From Eledone cirrhosa (taxonomy: Eukaryota), in assembly GCA_964016885.1 (NCBI GenBank), contig OZ024740.1, forward strand, positions 282,038,001-282,102,000: DNA of 64,000 nt. Reading direction: 5' to 3'. Below are positions 12,815 to 24,990 of this stretch, piece by piece. Both the position numbers and the translations under genes were made by a program. Every line of letters begins with the position of its first letter. Position 1 is the first letter of the stretch. Under the pieces are notes generated by a model. The model was not told the DNA's origin and did not search any database. It saw nothing but the letters and a program-made list of their open reading frames with translations.

Positions 12815-14233
12815 TTCTCTAGAGTTTATCTTTGTAGTGATTTTAACCAATGTATTTTGTTAATGATAAACAAAACAAAATAAACGTATATACGAAATAA
12901 TGTATTTAAAAGGAAAATCCCAAATTCCATCACAAGGAAGGAGAAACAATTAAGTTGAAAGTAGGAACATTCCGATAGTAGGTACTAAAATATCATTCCA
13001 CATATATTAAAGTCTATCAAATATAAATTAACAACAAATAAAGCATTACTGACAGCATCGAACCCATGCCCAGAAATCGCAACGAAAAGTCCCTCAAATA
13101 ATGACCTACTGTCTTCAAACGGAAAGAATATACTGCATTTAGAGGCTAGGCTTGAATTTTAAAGTCAAAATATACTTCAGCGCTGGACATTTTCCAACTT
13201 CCTATATCAAATAATAAAAAAACAACCTTCTACTACCCCTCATACTATAACCACTACTACCACATCATCGAAATCTTGTGTCTAGCCTCTATTCTACCAT
13301 TGCTATAATGATTTCTACTCATCAAACTATTAAACTAATGCACTCACCTTTGGAACATCAACAAAATGGAACTCCATTTTTTTGATGTTTTTCCTACAAG
13401 TATCATTATACATAGAATTTTAATTAAACCTTATCTGCATATGTCCTATCATCTTAGAATGCTTGCAAAAGCTACAGAAACTGCTGCTTTCCCCCTCCAC
13501 TACGCAATAAAAACAATCTCCTATATAATTAAGAAGAAATGAAATGAAACTGTATATTTCATATGAATCATGAAATATGTTATCCCATTCTTACTTCTCC
13601 ATGTCAACCTATATGCTCTATCATTCTTATTCCTTCTTTTTTCTCTATCTCTATCTCTCCCATCTCTCATCATATGCTATACACTCTATTCCTTTCATTC
13701 TCTCTCTCCCTGTTAATTTATTTTCTCTCGCTTCTTCTCTGACCGCTCTTCCGTTCATTAAAAGATTTTGTTCAACCCATCTCTTTGTTATGAACATCGT
13801 AGCAGCTGGTTGTTTTACAGCTATTTCCATGTTTAAGATTCCTACAATTTTACAAAGTGGTTAAAATTGCTTTTAGAAAGCTAGTAAAATACAAGGCGTA
13901 AAAACAGGAGTAAAAAGAAAACCCTTTTACCATATATTGCAAGGTGGGAACTGTTTTATTTATTTATTCATTTATTTTCACTATACACCCATTTGCAGTA
14001 ATTTATTTCTAACTTGCACTGTACTAGCTTTCGTAAAACAATATAGAAAATAAATAAAATTCTAAGGTACTTTATTAGTTAAAACGCGATGGATTATTGA
14101 GAAGTACATCATGTCACCTAGGTGGATAGTTTGAGGGTGTAAAGTGAGGAGACAAGAGGAGGAGGTGGAGCACGGTCTATTACGTACTGGGTTGTAGTTG
14201 CTGCAGATAATAGCTTTTTGGCTTTATTATATA

Positions 14234-14570
14234 CGCCGAGGTTTACTTTGCCTTTCATCCTTACGGGGTCGATAAAATAAAGTACCAGTAATGCACTGTG
14301 TATTTGCTGGCCTTGTGCCAAAAGTAGAAACAATTATATACAAACTAAGGGCGGTAGATTGGCAGTATTGGTAGAGGGTCGGACGCCATGCTTTGCAGCA
14401 TAGATTTACGGCCCTTTATGATCTGGGTTCAAATCCTGCCGAAGTTAACTTTGCCTTTCATCTTTACGGGGTCGATAAAATAAAGTACATGTCACGCACT
14501 GGGGTCGATTTAATCGACTTTCCCCTCCTCCAAAATTTCTGGCCTTGTGCCTATATAAGAAACCATTATT
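14234..14570 (+). mobile_element. Two adjacent Nin-domain SINEs (14234-14336 truncated with TSD ATTATATAC; 14348-14570 full length)
   Basis: Match to the family consensus. Confidence 0.88.
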
Positions 14571-14811
14571 TACAAATTACGTAATATGACAGCTGCAGCT
14601 TGATAAAGTCTATCTTCCCCATTTGGTGACTGTTGGCGTCCGATTACGTATACTAAGGTTGGGAAGATGGGTGGTCCGCGCTTGGTTTGCTGAAATCGAA
14701 GGGTGAGTACGGTTTGGTTTGGCAGGAATGATAAATACGGGTTGACGTTCGGTTTAGGGTGTTTGCTGAGTGTTTATGGACTGATTGGAGCAATAACGGT
14801 ATTACTTACGG

Positions 14812-15011
14812 CAGAGATATGAAACTGATGGTCCCCCGAGGGCCACATAAGTCGCATATGTGTTGTCTAAGGGCCACACTCGACAACTAATTGCGTACAT
14901 TATGAAATATTTTTTTATTTTATATTACAAAGATAAAACATGCTCGCGCTGTAAAAACCTTTGTGTGGGCCGCAGATGTGCTTGTAAAGGGCTGCGTGTT
15001 TGACATGCCTG
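14812..15011. mobile_element. hAT MITE
   Basis: Degenerate TIRs CAGAGATATGAAAC / GTTTGACATGCCTG; TSD ACTTACGG / ATTTACGG. Confidence 0.7.
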
Positions 15012-15458
15012 ATTTACGGCGTATCTAAACTAAAGTCTGATAAAACTGACCATTGAAGTAGGTTTCTTTAAATGCCCTTCTTATAATTAGATCTTCTATT
15101 TATACACTTTCTAATTTTTGAATTCCACCCATGTTTACATCAATCTTCTTGTAGTGATATTTTTTTAAGGTCTCAGTCATTAGACTTGCAGTCACCCGGC
15201 TGCTACTTCCGGGGATGTTTAGTCGATCATACCATCTCTGGTATTTATTTCATCGTTCTCTGCTTGTCGAACAGCTACATTGCGAGACACAAGAGGAAAC
15301 AACATAATCACACACACAAACACATGTAAGGGTAAGGAGTCCCATTCATAATCACGTGGTACTTGGTTCAGTGTCTCTGCTCGGTACATTGGGAAAGTGT
15401 TGGGTTGACCAAGGCGTTCTGAGTGGAATTTAGTAAATGAGAACTGCAGAAGAGCCCG

Positions 15459-15530
<72 letters not shown>

Positions 15531-15532
<2 letters not shown>

Positions 15533-15765
15533 CGAAGGAAATGTGGTAAGGAACCAGGTGGACCATAACGTACCAAAGTACTCAATACTTAGGGTAGTAG
15601 AGTAGGTAATAGGAACGAGTAGGACCCCGACGGCTGAGCTCAAGCCGTTTCGACGGCTAATTCTGGACTAAATGAACATTTTTTTTTTTTTTAAAATCAT
15701 CATTTAGTCCAGAATTAGCCGTCGAAACGGCTTGAGCTCAACCGTCGGGGTCCTACTCGTTCCTA
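15531..15765. repeat. (TA)n-flanked PLE-type palindrome with the 3' half of an HHR in each arm
   Basis: Arms at about 15609-15675 and 15700-15765 are reverse complements; GAAACGGCT-TGAGCTC-AGCCGT-C is present but CTGANGA is absent; same family at 24852-24912 and 31385-31511. Confidence 0.8.
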
Positions 15766-16883
15766 TATATATATATATATATATATGATTCTGCCTGGAT
15801 TTGCGACCGACAGATATTATTAGCAATTGGAAAGATCAAAGGAAACATTGTTTTCTCGGTCCGATTTGACAAGCTCCACCCAACTCGTTAAGCGAATGAG
15901 GTCTGGGATCTTGTCGATCGACCGTCGATATTAATGAAGCTATAGAGTGTTAGTTCACTATTTTCATTGGTAAGATAAGTTAAGTTCAATGCCTCCTTTA
16001 CTTTTCGTTCTTCGAGAGCGAATAGTTATAGTAACATACGCTTTATAATTCAAAATTTAGTAAAACAAAAGGTAGATATTATTGTTGTTTATTTACACAT
16101 CTACGAACGTTTCAATACAGTCAGAATTATTCACCAACAGTGGAGAAAAACCAAAATTCTCAGTTAATTAACACCATAGGCACTTTACTCCAAGCCATAT
16201 CTCTGAAGCCATATCTCTGCAGGAAATACAACCCCCCTCCCCCCACAAAAAAAACAAAAAGAAACAAAGCAAAGATTACATAAGATTCATCGTACATGAG
16301 CAGAAAAGGAAGAGCTTGTGCTTTTGAACATAGTTACTGGACATGCAAAATAAATGTTTATATGTGTTATTCATTACATATATTGCACACACCCTGGACA
16401 CCCTGTAGGATAAAATACAATACCTGGCAAAGGGCGGAGGAACTGAACAGAGGCAACGGCCATCCAAATAGTAGTTTTTTTCTTTTTTTTTTCACCTGGG
16501 AGTAAAAGGCCACCAGCTGTTGTCACAACACCTTTCTAAGAGGGAAACTCTGAAAAAAAAAACCTGTGGCTTCGGAAGCATCCGATAATGTTGACTAGTT
16601 CTCCTTTTCGGGAGAGTGGGATTAATCGAGTGCAAGGCCTTCCCCACTTTAAAAAAAACCCTTCAAAGTACAGCCATTGCTTGTTCAGGATATGTTACAG
16701 GTTTGTGTGGCTGGCGGTAGCCTAAAAGTACACCAAACACTATAATCTGACAAGCGATTGCAGCCATCATATATATATATATAGTAATAATAATAATAAT
16801 AAATTTGAAGACTAAAATCCAAAGAGAGCTACGTTAAGGGTGAAAGCAGCGATTCCTTGCTTAAACTTTAATCTGTTATTTTA

Positions 16884-16934
<51 letters not shown>

Positions 16935-17593
16935 GTTATATATATATATGTATGTGTGTGTGTGTGCGCATGTTATACATGCACGAGGGCTTTACCATTG
17001 AATCATTAGAAACAGCTAGATGTATGCCTCCTAACTCTCCTCCTAAGCACGTCTATTCACATCTCCCTATTATTTATGAGATTTATTTAATAAACCTATG
17101 TGAATTTAATAAACCTATGTGAAACCTATGTGAATATTTTAGAGGTTGAAGTCTGCTTTTCATAGAATATTTTGAGTAATATACATTTTTTTTGGGTGTG
17201 AAAATATTTCGCAGCTAACGGAATTTTGAGAGCTATGCATTAGATTCCTTCTTAAGAATATACAGAAGCATTTTATAAAAGTCTCTTTCATTTCTTTGTG
17301 TCGAAAAATTAAATACCAGTTACATTCTAAGGTTAATTCAATCAATTTACCATTCTTCCGTAGAGGAAAGGACTATAAATGCCATAAATTAGAGGAAAAG
17401 GTTGGTAAAAGCAAGGGTTCTTGGACCACAAAAGAAAGGGACGGGAAAAGGAAGAGAGCGTATGGGCTCTGGGCCTAGAGCGGGGCAGTGTTTGGGCTGC
17501 GCCCCGTGGACAAAACTGCAATTATTCCACGGTCTGAGTTTAAATCTCGCTACGGTCAACTTAAGTTTTATGTCATTCGGGGTTGATAAATTA

Positions 17594-18867
17594 CACCGTG
17601 TAACACGATTTTTGTCCTTGAGTAGCAACTATTATTTTCTTTTTGCTTATGCCTAGAAAGTGTGACAAATGGCTATTATTTCCTAAAATTTTACAGTCTG
17701 AGTTCAAATCCCGCCGAGGTTAACTTTGCCTTTTATCCTTACGGGGTCGATAAAATAAAGTACCAGTAATGTACTGTGTAATTGCTGGCCTTGTGCCTAA
17801 AGTAGAAACAATTATTAGGGCGGTGGATTGGCAGTATCGGTAGAGGGTCGGACGCCATGCTTTCCAGCATAGCTACGTCCCTTTACGATCTGAGTTCAAA
17901 TCCCGCCGAGGTTGACTTTGCCTTTCATCCTTACGGGGTTGATAAAATAAAGTACCAGTAATGCACTGGGTAATTGCTGGCCTTGTGCCAAAAAGTAGAA
18001 ACAATTATTTCCTAAAGCTTTGCTTTTGTGATCATGATAATGATATTTCTAGATTTACTTTATCCTGTTGGGAAAACTGCCTATTGTGAACATTCCTGTT
18101 CAAGCAAAGTAGGAATGAAATGACATGATTAAAAAACGTATCATTTATTTATTCTAGAATTATACAAAAATCTAGAAGTGAGTGGGTTTTCGGTACTTAT
18201 GCTTAAGTTGCAAATTGCATTCACGAATCAGCCCCATACATAGTCTCCGATCATGTTTTTATTATATGATCGTAGGTAGCAACGATCAAAGTCAAATATA
18301 TCCTGGTGGAAGCGCTCGCCTTGCTCTTCAGAGTATATTCCCATGTTACCCTTGTACGTATCAAGATAAGCTTCAAGGATATGTACTTTGAGGGACATCC
18401 TGCAACCCAACCCATTTTGCCGAAGTTCTTCATAAGGTCTCAACAAGCTCCACATAATTTTCGGCCTTGTGATTCCCCAGGAAACCCCGAACCACTGCAA
18501 CAAAGCTGTTCCACGCTGCCTCCTCTGTCTTAGTGAGCTTCTTGGGGGAATTTCTTGCACTCCACGATCTTCCTTATTTGGGCTCCGACGAAGACACCTA
18601 CTTTCACTTTTGCCTCAGGCGGCTTAGGGAAGAAGTCTCGAAGATACTTGAAGACTGCCGACTCCTTATCTAGAGTTGTGACAAACTGTTTCATAAGGCC
18701 CAATTTTAAGTAAAGTGGTGGGAACAATACCTTCCGGGGATCAACCAGTGGCTGCCCAAGTCACAAAAGCAAAGTTTGAGAAGTCTTTTCCTGTGCTTTC
18801 TACGCAGAAGAAAGCAGGAAATAGCACTTATTGACCAAAGACAAAGTAAATTTTTTTTTACATAGTG
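17594..18867 (-). mobile_element. Second Chapaev3-type transposon remnant, nested in a SINE and carrying a tandem SINE pair (about 17693-18005)
   Basis: Ends CACCGTGTAACA / TTACATAGTG, flanks TTA/TAA; minus-strand PPLYLKLGLMKQFV, GCRMSLKVHIL, SEEQGERFHQDI; SINE pair bounded by TSD ATTATTTCCTAAA. Confidence 0.8.
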
Positions 18868-19333
18868 TAATCAGTTCGGTAGGGGCAGAAAGCCTTCCTT
18901 AATCTCTCTTCCTCTTTTTCCCACCCACCACTATCTTTTTTGTCCTCAGGAAATCGGCTTTGTTTAGCTCTGGAAAATAATGGGCTCATATTTAACTGCC
19001 CAAGACATTCTGCTTGTCGCTGCGGCGCCCCTACTTCTCAATCAGGAGTTGAAGTCACATGGATGGATGTATGATATTGTACACCCACGTAGTGATTCTC
19101 TTAATACTACTTCGTTTTGTACAGTGACGTCTATGCTTCGCTGAGGAGGTCTCCCATACGATTTTATTAACTAACAATAATTATCATTGAGTTAATGAGT
19201 ATTTCTGATTAGGTATGTGAACCCCCCCCCTCCAAAAAAGACAACAATAAAAAACGAAAGAAAAACGAAAAACCAAAGAATTTCCTGAAATAATGTTGAT
19301 ATTTTACTGTCGTAAAGTGTGTAATATATTTAA

Positions 19334-19567
<234 letters not shown>

Positions 19568-20411
19568 TAGTAATTGTCCTCGATGTATATCGTAAAAAAA
19601 AGCCACAAAAAAAAAAACAAAAACAAAAAGCCAATGGATGTAAGATTAAAGTTGTATATTTATAATAATATATTTATACCTAGAGGGGTATAATGTTTGA
19701 TATCTTTCATATTATAGGTCTTGATCGTTAATCTGTAAGTTGTCTATATATCTATAATAATATATGCGAATTTCTGTGCGTGTGTCCGCATGGCTTTCTG
19801 GCTTCAGCAAATATTAGTATTGTAATTGAGTAATACAATGATATATGTCGTTGCAAATTCCTATCCTTCCCCATCATGAAATAAATTTTGCGTTTTAATT
19901 ACAAGTGATTCGCAACACCGAGCGCTCCTACTATAGAGGTTAGAAGTAAATGAAACTCTATAATGAAAAACATTGTTTTATTCAAAATTCGCTAAGAGTT
20001 AAAATCTCATTGGAAGTGTTGTGCTAGGCTGTTTAAATCATGCGGCTGCTTATTACTGGTTCATAATCCATATTTGCTTAATTAAGATGGTATTCAGAAT
20101 TTTGTAGAAAATAAATGTTATATTAAATAAAAAAAATATATATATCGCTATGTGACCGTATCATTTGCATGTGAAAATATTAGTTTTCCGTTTTCATGCA
20201 TTTGTATACGTTGATAGATGCATTACAAAACACACGCACCTACACACACATAATTACGCTAACAGGAAGGCGGGGTTTCTGAAAGAGTACATTAATGAGA
20301 AACTATACAAGCACGAACTCGCTATCTTACAGATAGCGAATTTGTCTTGTCACATGTATGGAATGATAGAGAGCTAGGCGAATTGGTAGACAGATATTAT
20401 ACGCACACATA

Positions 20412-20458
<47 letters not shown>

Positions 20459-20631
20459 TAAAAGTAAAGGATCGACCGTGTGTTCGAGTGGTTTCGGCTA
20501 GACCACCCGTGCTCGCGGTCAATCCCTTTCGCTAATATACCCACTCTGCATCATACCATATATCGAGTATTCCTCTGATTTATAGCCCTCCCGGTCCCCG
20601 TACTGCAGACTATCAATATCACTGCGCATGA

Positions 20632-20703
<72 letters not shown>

Positions 20704-20709
20704 CATATA

Positions 20710-20761
20710 CAGGTACTTTAACAGGCTGAATGAGTTGGGGATTATAACCCAACGAAACCTG
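20710..20761 (+). ncRNA. Type III hammerhead ribozyme candidate with a 1-nt core insertion
   Basis: CAGGT-A-CTT TAAC AGG-CTGAATGA-GTTGGG GATTATAA CCCAAC-GAA-ACCTG; all three stems pair; GUA triplet. Confidence 0.65.
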
Positions 20762-20920
20762 ACCATATATATAAGAAGTTGACGGACCCAGGGTATTTAA
20801 CAATGCCAGGACCGGTTCTATTTCAGCGTACTCAATAGATAATGTAGAATACATTCCAGAGTATACACATAGTTATTCGCTTCAACACTACACACGTAAA
20901 ACGGGTGTCTATATTAGTTC

Positions 20921-21024
20921 CCGGACTCGAGTTTCGGCCACACTTAATGCAGCAATAGGGTGTAGTGTACCCTCTGCCTGCATATGCAACAATGCATAAT
21001 CGGCGTATGTGGATTCATCAGCGG
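20921..21024 (-). ncRNA. Type I minimal hammerhead with extended stem II
   Basis: Minus strand: CCG-CTGATGA-AT CCACAT...GTGTGG CC-GAAAC TCGA GTC-CGG; palindromic loop 3 TCGA; two mismatches at the base of stem II. Confidence 0.75.
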
Positions 21025-21261
21025 CTATCTCCCAATCAATAACCAATCGATCGACAGAGTTCAACCTCAGTCCATACCGGCAATGACTATATGTGACGGC
21101 CGACACATAAAGTGAATAGCAACTGTAATCTGATGCAACTCCGTCCCCCGCCCAGCCACCGATTTACAAATTTACGTGGTGGCAGGAGATTAGAAAAGCT
21201 CCCAGCCAACGTGTCTCATTGATAAGATGGTGCAAAGTTGGTTATTAGTTGAAAGTTGGTG

Positions 21262-21334
<73 letters not shown>

Positions 21335-21438
21335 GTCCCGAAACTCCTGATACAGTTGTAGGGGCGCTGTATACGGCGTTTCTTGGGCAATATAAGCCTG
21401 GCGGATTGCGTCCCTCTCCAGGCCTATATATATACATT

Positions 21439-21910
21439 TCGTATTTCTAAAGAAACACGGTATGTTTACAGGAAACATTTCGGAAGCCGTAGCTATGCAA
21501 ACACCGGGGCTAGTGCAAGGGGGACAACCGTCTATGCATTTCAGACTTGACTGGTCTTCATCAGGACGGTCCCTTCCACACCTGCAACTGCTGGACTTCG
21601 TGAATATATAGTTTTCTCGTCCGTGTAAATGAGGTGATTAATCTCATTTACACATGAAGCTGCAATGGTTGGCTCAACTTATAATAGAATAGAAATAGGA
21701 TTTAGCTTCAAGCATAGCTGTATACAGAGAATTATAGAAATTGCGTATTTCTAAAGAAACACGGTATGTTTACATGACCCGTAGCTATGCAAACACCGGT
21801 GCTAACGCCCGTTGGTGGTGTCCAGCAGAAGCAAGGGGGACAACCGTCTATGCAATGCATAGCTACGGGTTCTTAAATGTTTCCTGTAAACATACCATGT
21901 TTACAGGAGC
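21439..21910 (-). mobile_element. Retrozyme/pLTR-like partial tandem (about 316-nt unit) with a terminal inverted segment
   Basis: 21439-21538 is repeated at about 21744-21854; 21856-21901 is an inverted copy of part of the unit; flanked by (TA)n. Confidence 0.75.
21527..21570 (-). ncRNA. Type I minimal hammerhead ribozyme
   Basis: Minus strand: ACCGTC-CTGATGA-AGAC CAGTCAA GTCT-GAAA TGCA TA-GACGGT; palindromic loop 3 TGCA. Confidence 0.88.
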
Positions 21911-22007
21911 TAAATCATATATATATATATATATATAATCAAGGTTTAGCAAATAAGAAAAAGTTTCAAAATAAATTAAAAAAAATTAACTTAATTACTC
22001 CGAGTTA

Positions 22008-22089
22008 CCTTTACCGAGTCGGTTTCGATTCTCAAAAATAAACGGAGTCCATACGGCCTTCGTTGCAAAGAAAGAATCTCGTCAGAAGG
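22008..22089 (-). ncRNA. Type I hammerhead ribozyme
   Basis: Minus strand: CCTT-CTGACGA-GATTCT...AGAATC-GAA-ACCG ACT CGGT-A-AAGG; distal stem I extension TCCGA/TCGGA. Confidence 0.85.
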
Positions 22090-22757
22090 ATCTTTTCAAT
22101 CGGAGAATATAAAAAATTCTCGAATTCAAATTACGAACTATATATATATATATATATATATATAGTACACTACATTACTGCAATAACGGCATATTCATTA
22201 TAATCGTCTCTCTAAGCAATATATGAAGAGATTTTCAAATTCGTCATCTTTTGCAATTACGAACATAGATTTCAACGTAAAGGTTTTACTAGATGAGGGA
22301 GTGAAAAGTGAGTATACTCACCGTTTGAAATGAGTTTGCAATTTATGTTTAAGTCGTTGAAGATAAAGGGACGTGCTAGGTAAGATACTCAGACGACGAG
22401 TTTGATGATCTGAATGCTATATCACTTGATATATTGCTGAAACAATTGTAAACTATAGGCAGTTCTTGCAGTAGTGTAAAACCTTTGAGATTTCGCCTGA
22501 GGATTAATGTTATATTCTTTCTGATTTACTTAATGGATAAGCAGTATCTGAATTTACACAGGAGGGATAATATAAGTATCAAAAGATGAATGGCCGCACA
22601 TAGAACTAAATTCTAATTGCAACCTTTTAAAAACTTCTTCATTTGTAAACCTACATTTCTCTTAAATTTGATTACTGGAAAAATATTAGGTTGCTTTTCT
22701 TTTAATAATTAACTTTGTTTATGTGTTTCATGCAACTGTACTGGTTTTCTATTGTAG

Positions 22758-23006
22758 GGAGTGAAGTCACTTTCCGTGCCTATGGAATCACTTGCATTTT
22801 TGTGTTGGTTGGTTTTTTCTTGATTAACCGATTTCTCGTTGGAGCAGAGATCGTCATGCCTCAAACTACTGAGGCACATAGGATACTTGAAGAAGCCTCT
22901 CATTTAGCACCGCATGGAGTCCCTGCAAATCCTATTGCCCGGGACCTTTCCAGTCATATGATAAAAGACATGGATTTAGCCGAACAAAAATCCCACCAGT
23001 CTAACG
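22758..23006 (+). CDS. MFSD6: MFSD6-like transporter exon (last TM helix and start of the tail; phase 1-1)
   Basis: tgtAG|...|GTaagt; 249 nt; GSEVTFRAYGITCIFVLVGFFLINRF...EEASHLAPHGVPANP. Confidence 0.92.
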
Positions 23007-24618
23007 GTAAGTTCGATATTGTATTATCAAGTACCTTTTGTCATAGTGGATGCAGTATGGCCAAAGGTTTAAGAAGCTCGCATTGCAATCATAGGATTCC
23101 AGTTTCGATCACAATGCATTGAATCTTACGTACTATAGTATATATAGTGGATAGATGGAAATTGTATGGAAGTCCGTCGATCGGAGGGAACATCAAGGAA
23201 CAATCTTGTCACACATTGTGTCACGCTGAATCTCTGAGAATTACGTCCAAGATACATATGTTCAGTCACTTACACGTTAATTTCATGATATGGAAAACTC
23301 ATTATCGAAACCGAACCGACAGAGGTCCATTCCATTTCTTTCACATTATGTTATTACGAAATGAATTACTTTATATTAATCGATTAAAATCTTCTTTAAA
23401 TGTGCTGATAACGATCCTCGTTAATAGTAAATTAACTATAAATGTTATATATTTCATCGATATTTATAAGGTTCTTGTATTTTTCACAAACATTATCTTG
23501 AAACATCCCTCAAGTTGAGACTAAGTCAAGTATTTCATTGTTCAAGCTATCATCACATCATGGCAATTAGAATTCTCATAACATATCCAAACATTATTTC
23601 TAATATAATGCAGCACAATCTTTCTACACATAAAAATCAGTTTATTCTTATTTTCTCATTAATTTAAACATAGTTTAATAAGAATAGTTTAACTCCGGTT
23701 TATTCTTAATTAAAAAGATTTATTATTCAAAGAAGTCCCAGTCGTAATCCTCTCTCTTTTTGTATATTTAATAACTTATAGTCCAATGTGTTCTTTCTTT
23801 TTTACACGATGTGTGATATATGATCGATTTAGCTGCTATTTCTAGGGGGCCTTCATCACAAACACATTTAGCAAGGGCATTTCCTTCTAAATGTAGGAAA
23901 AAGAACTGCAGCATTTACGTTTAGTTGTTATAAGAAAATATGTCTTATTTAGACAGCCTCAACATTTCTATGTCACAAGTCTCTAAAATATTTTGTTTTT
24001 GATGTTATTTATCATAACTGACCCTGTCAAATGGCGAGGAAAGGCAATAAACAGCACTTTAGATAAATCAAGAAACATTGGCTAATGCACTGCGATGAGA
24101 AAAAACAGATATTCTGTTAATAAAACCAGCTTAGTGAGCTGAAAATATTGTATGACAGAAACCTTCTTATCGGCTTTCTGCAATTTTAATAACTTTCCCC
24201 CTATCCTATTTCTTTCTAAATTTCGATGCTTTACAATTTTCTTATTATTTATGAATATTTTCAGACTAGACTACAAAAGAAAGTGATGGCAGCAGTCAGC
24301 AGATATAAGACGTTATATTTAATATTTAATCTTTATCTATTTTTCTTTGACAGAACAGTTATTCTCACATATTTCGTTTATCTTTCCCTTCTACGCCTAC
24401 TTGCTTTTACAAAAGAAAAGAGCATTTGTTATTTTGTTAGGCCCACTTCATACAAAGTATTTTTTTCTTCCTAACAACAACTAACATTATCTCATCCTTG
24501 TATATTTTCAATCTCCCGCATTTCTATTTTTATTCGAAGTTATTCCCTAATGAGAAAGAATTTTAAAAAATTATATATATATATATATATATAGAATGTA
24601 GAAAAGTAACACACGAGT

Positions 24619-24689
<71 letters not shown>

Positions 24690-24779
24690 AGAGTACGAAC
24701 ACAGTATCTTAATGATAGCGTATTCGTCAATGGCATTGGATTTTAGATATATTAGTATATATATTTTAATTATATATAT

Positions 24780-24846
<67 letters not shown>

Positions 24847-24918
24847 TATATGAAAAGATTCAGGACCCCGATGGCTGAGCGCCGGCCGTTTCGACAGCTA
24901 GATCCGAACGTATATATA

Positions 24919-24990
<72 letters not shown>

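Noticed and set aside
24862-24909. Possible micro-exon (cag|GACCCC...AAC|gtat)
   Set aside because: The sequence is a fragment of the repeat family at 15620-15670 inside a TA tract.
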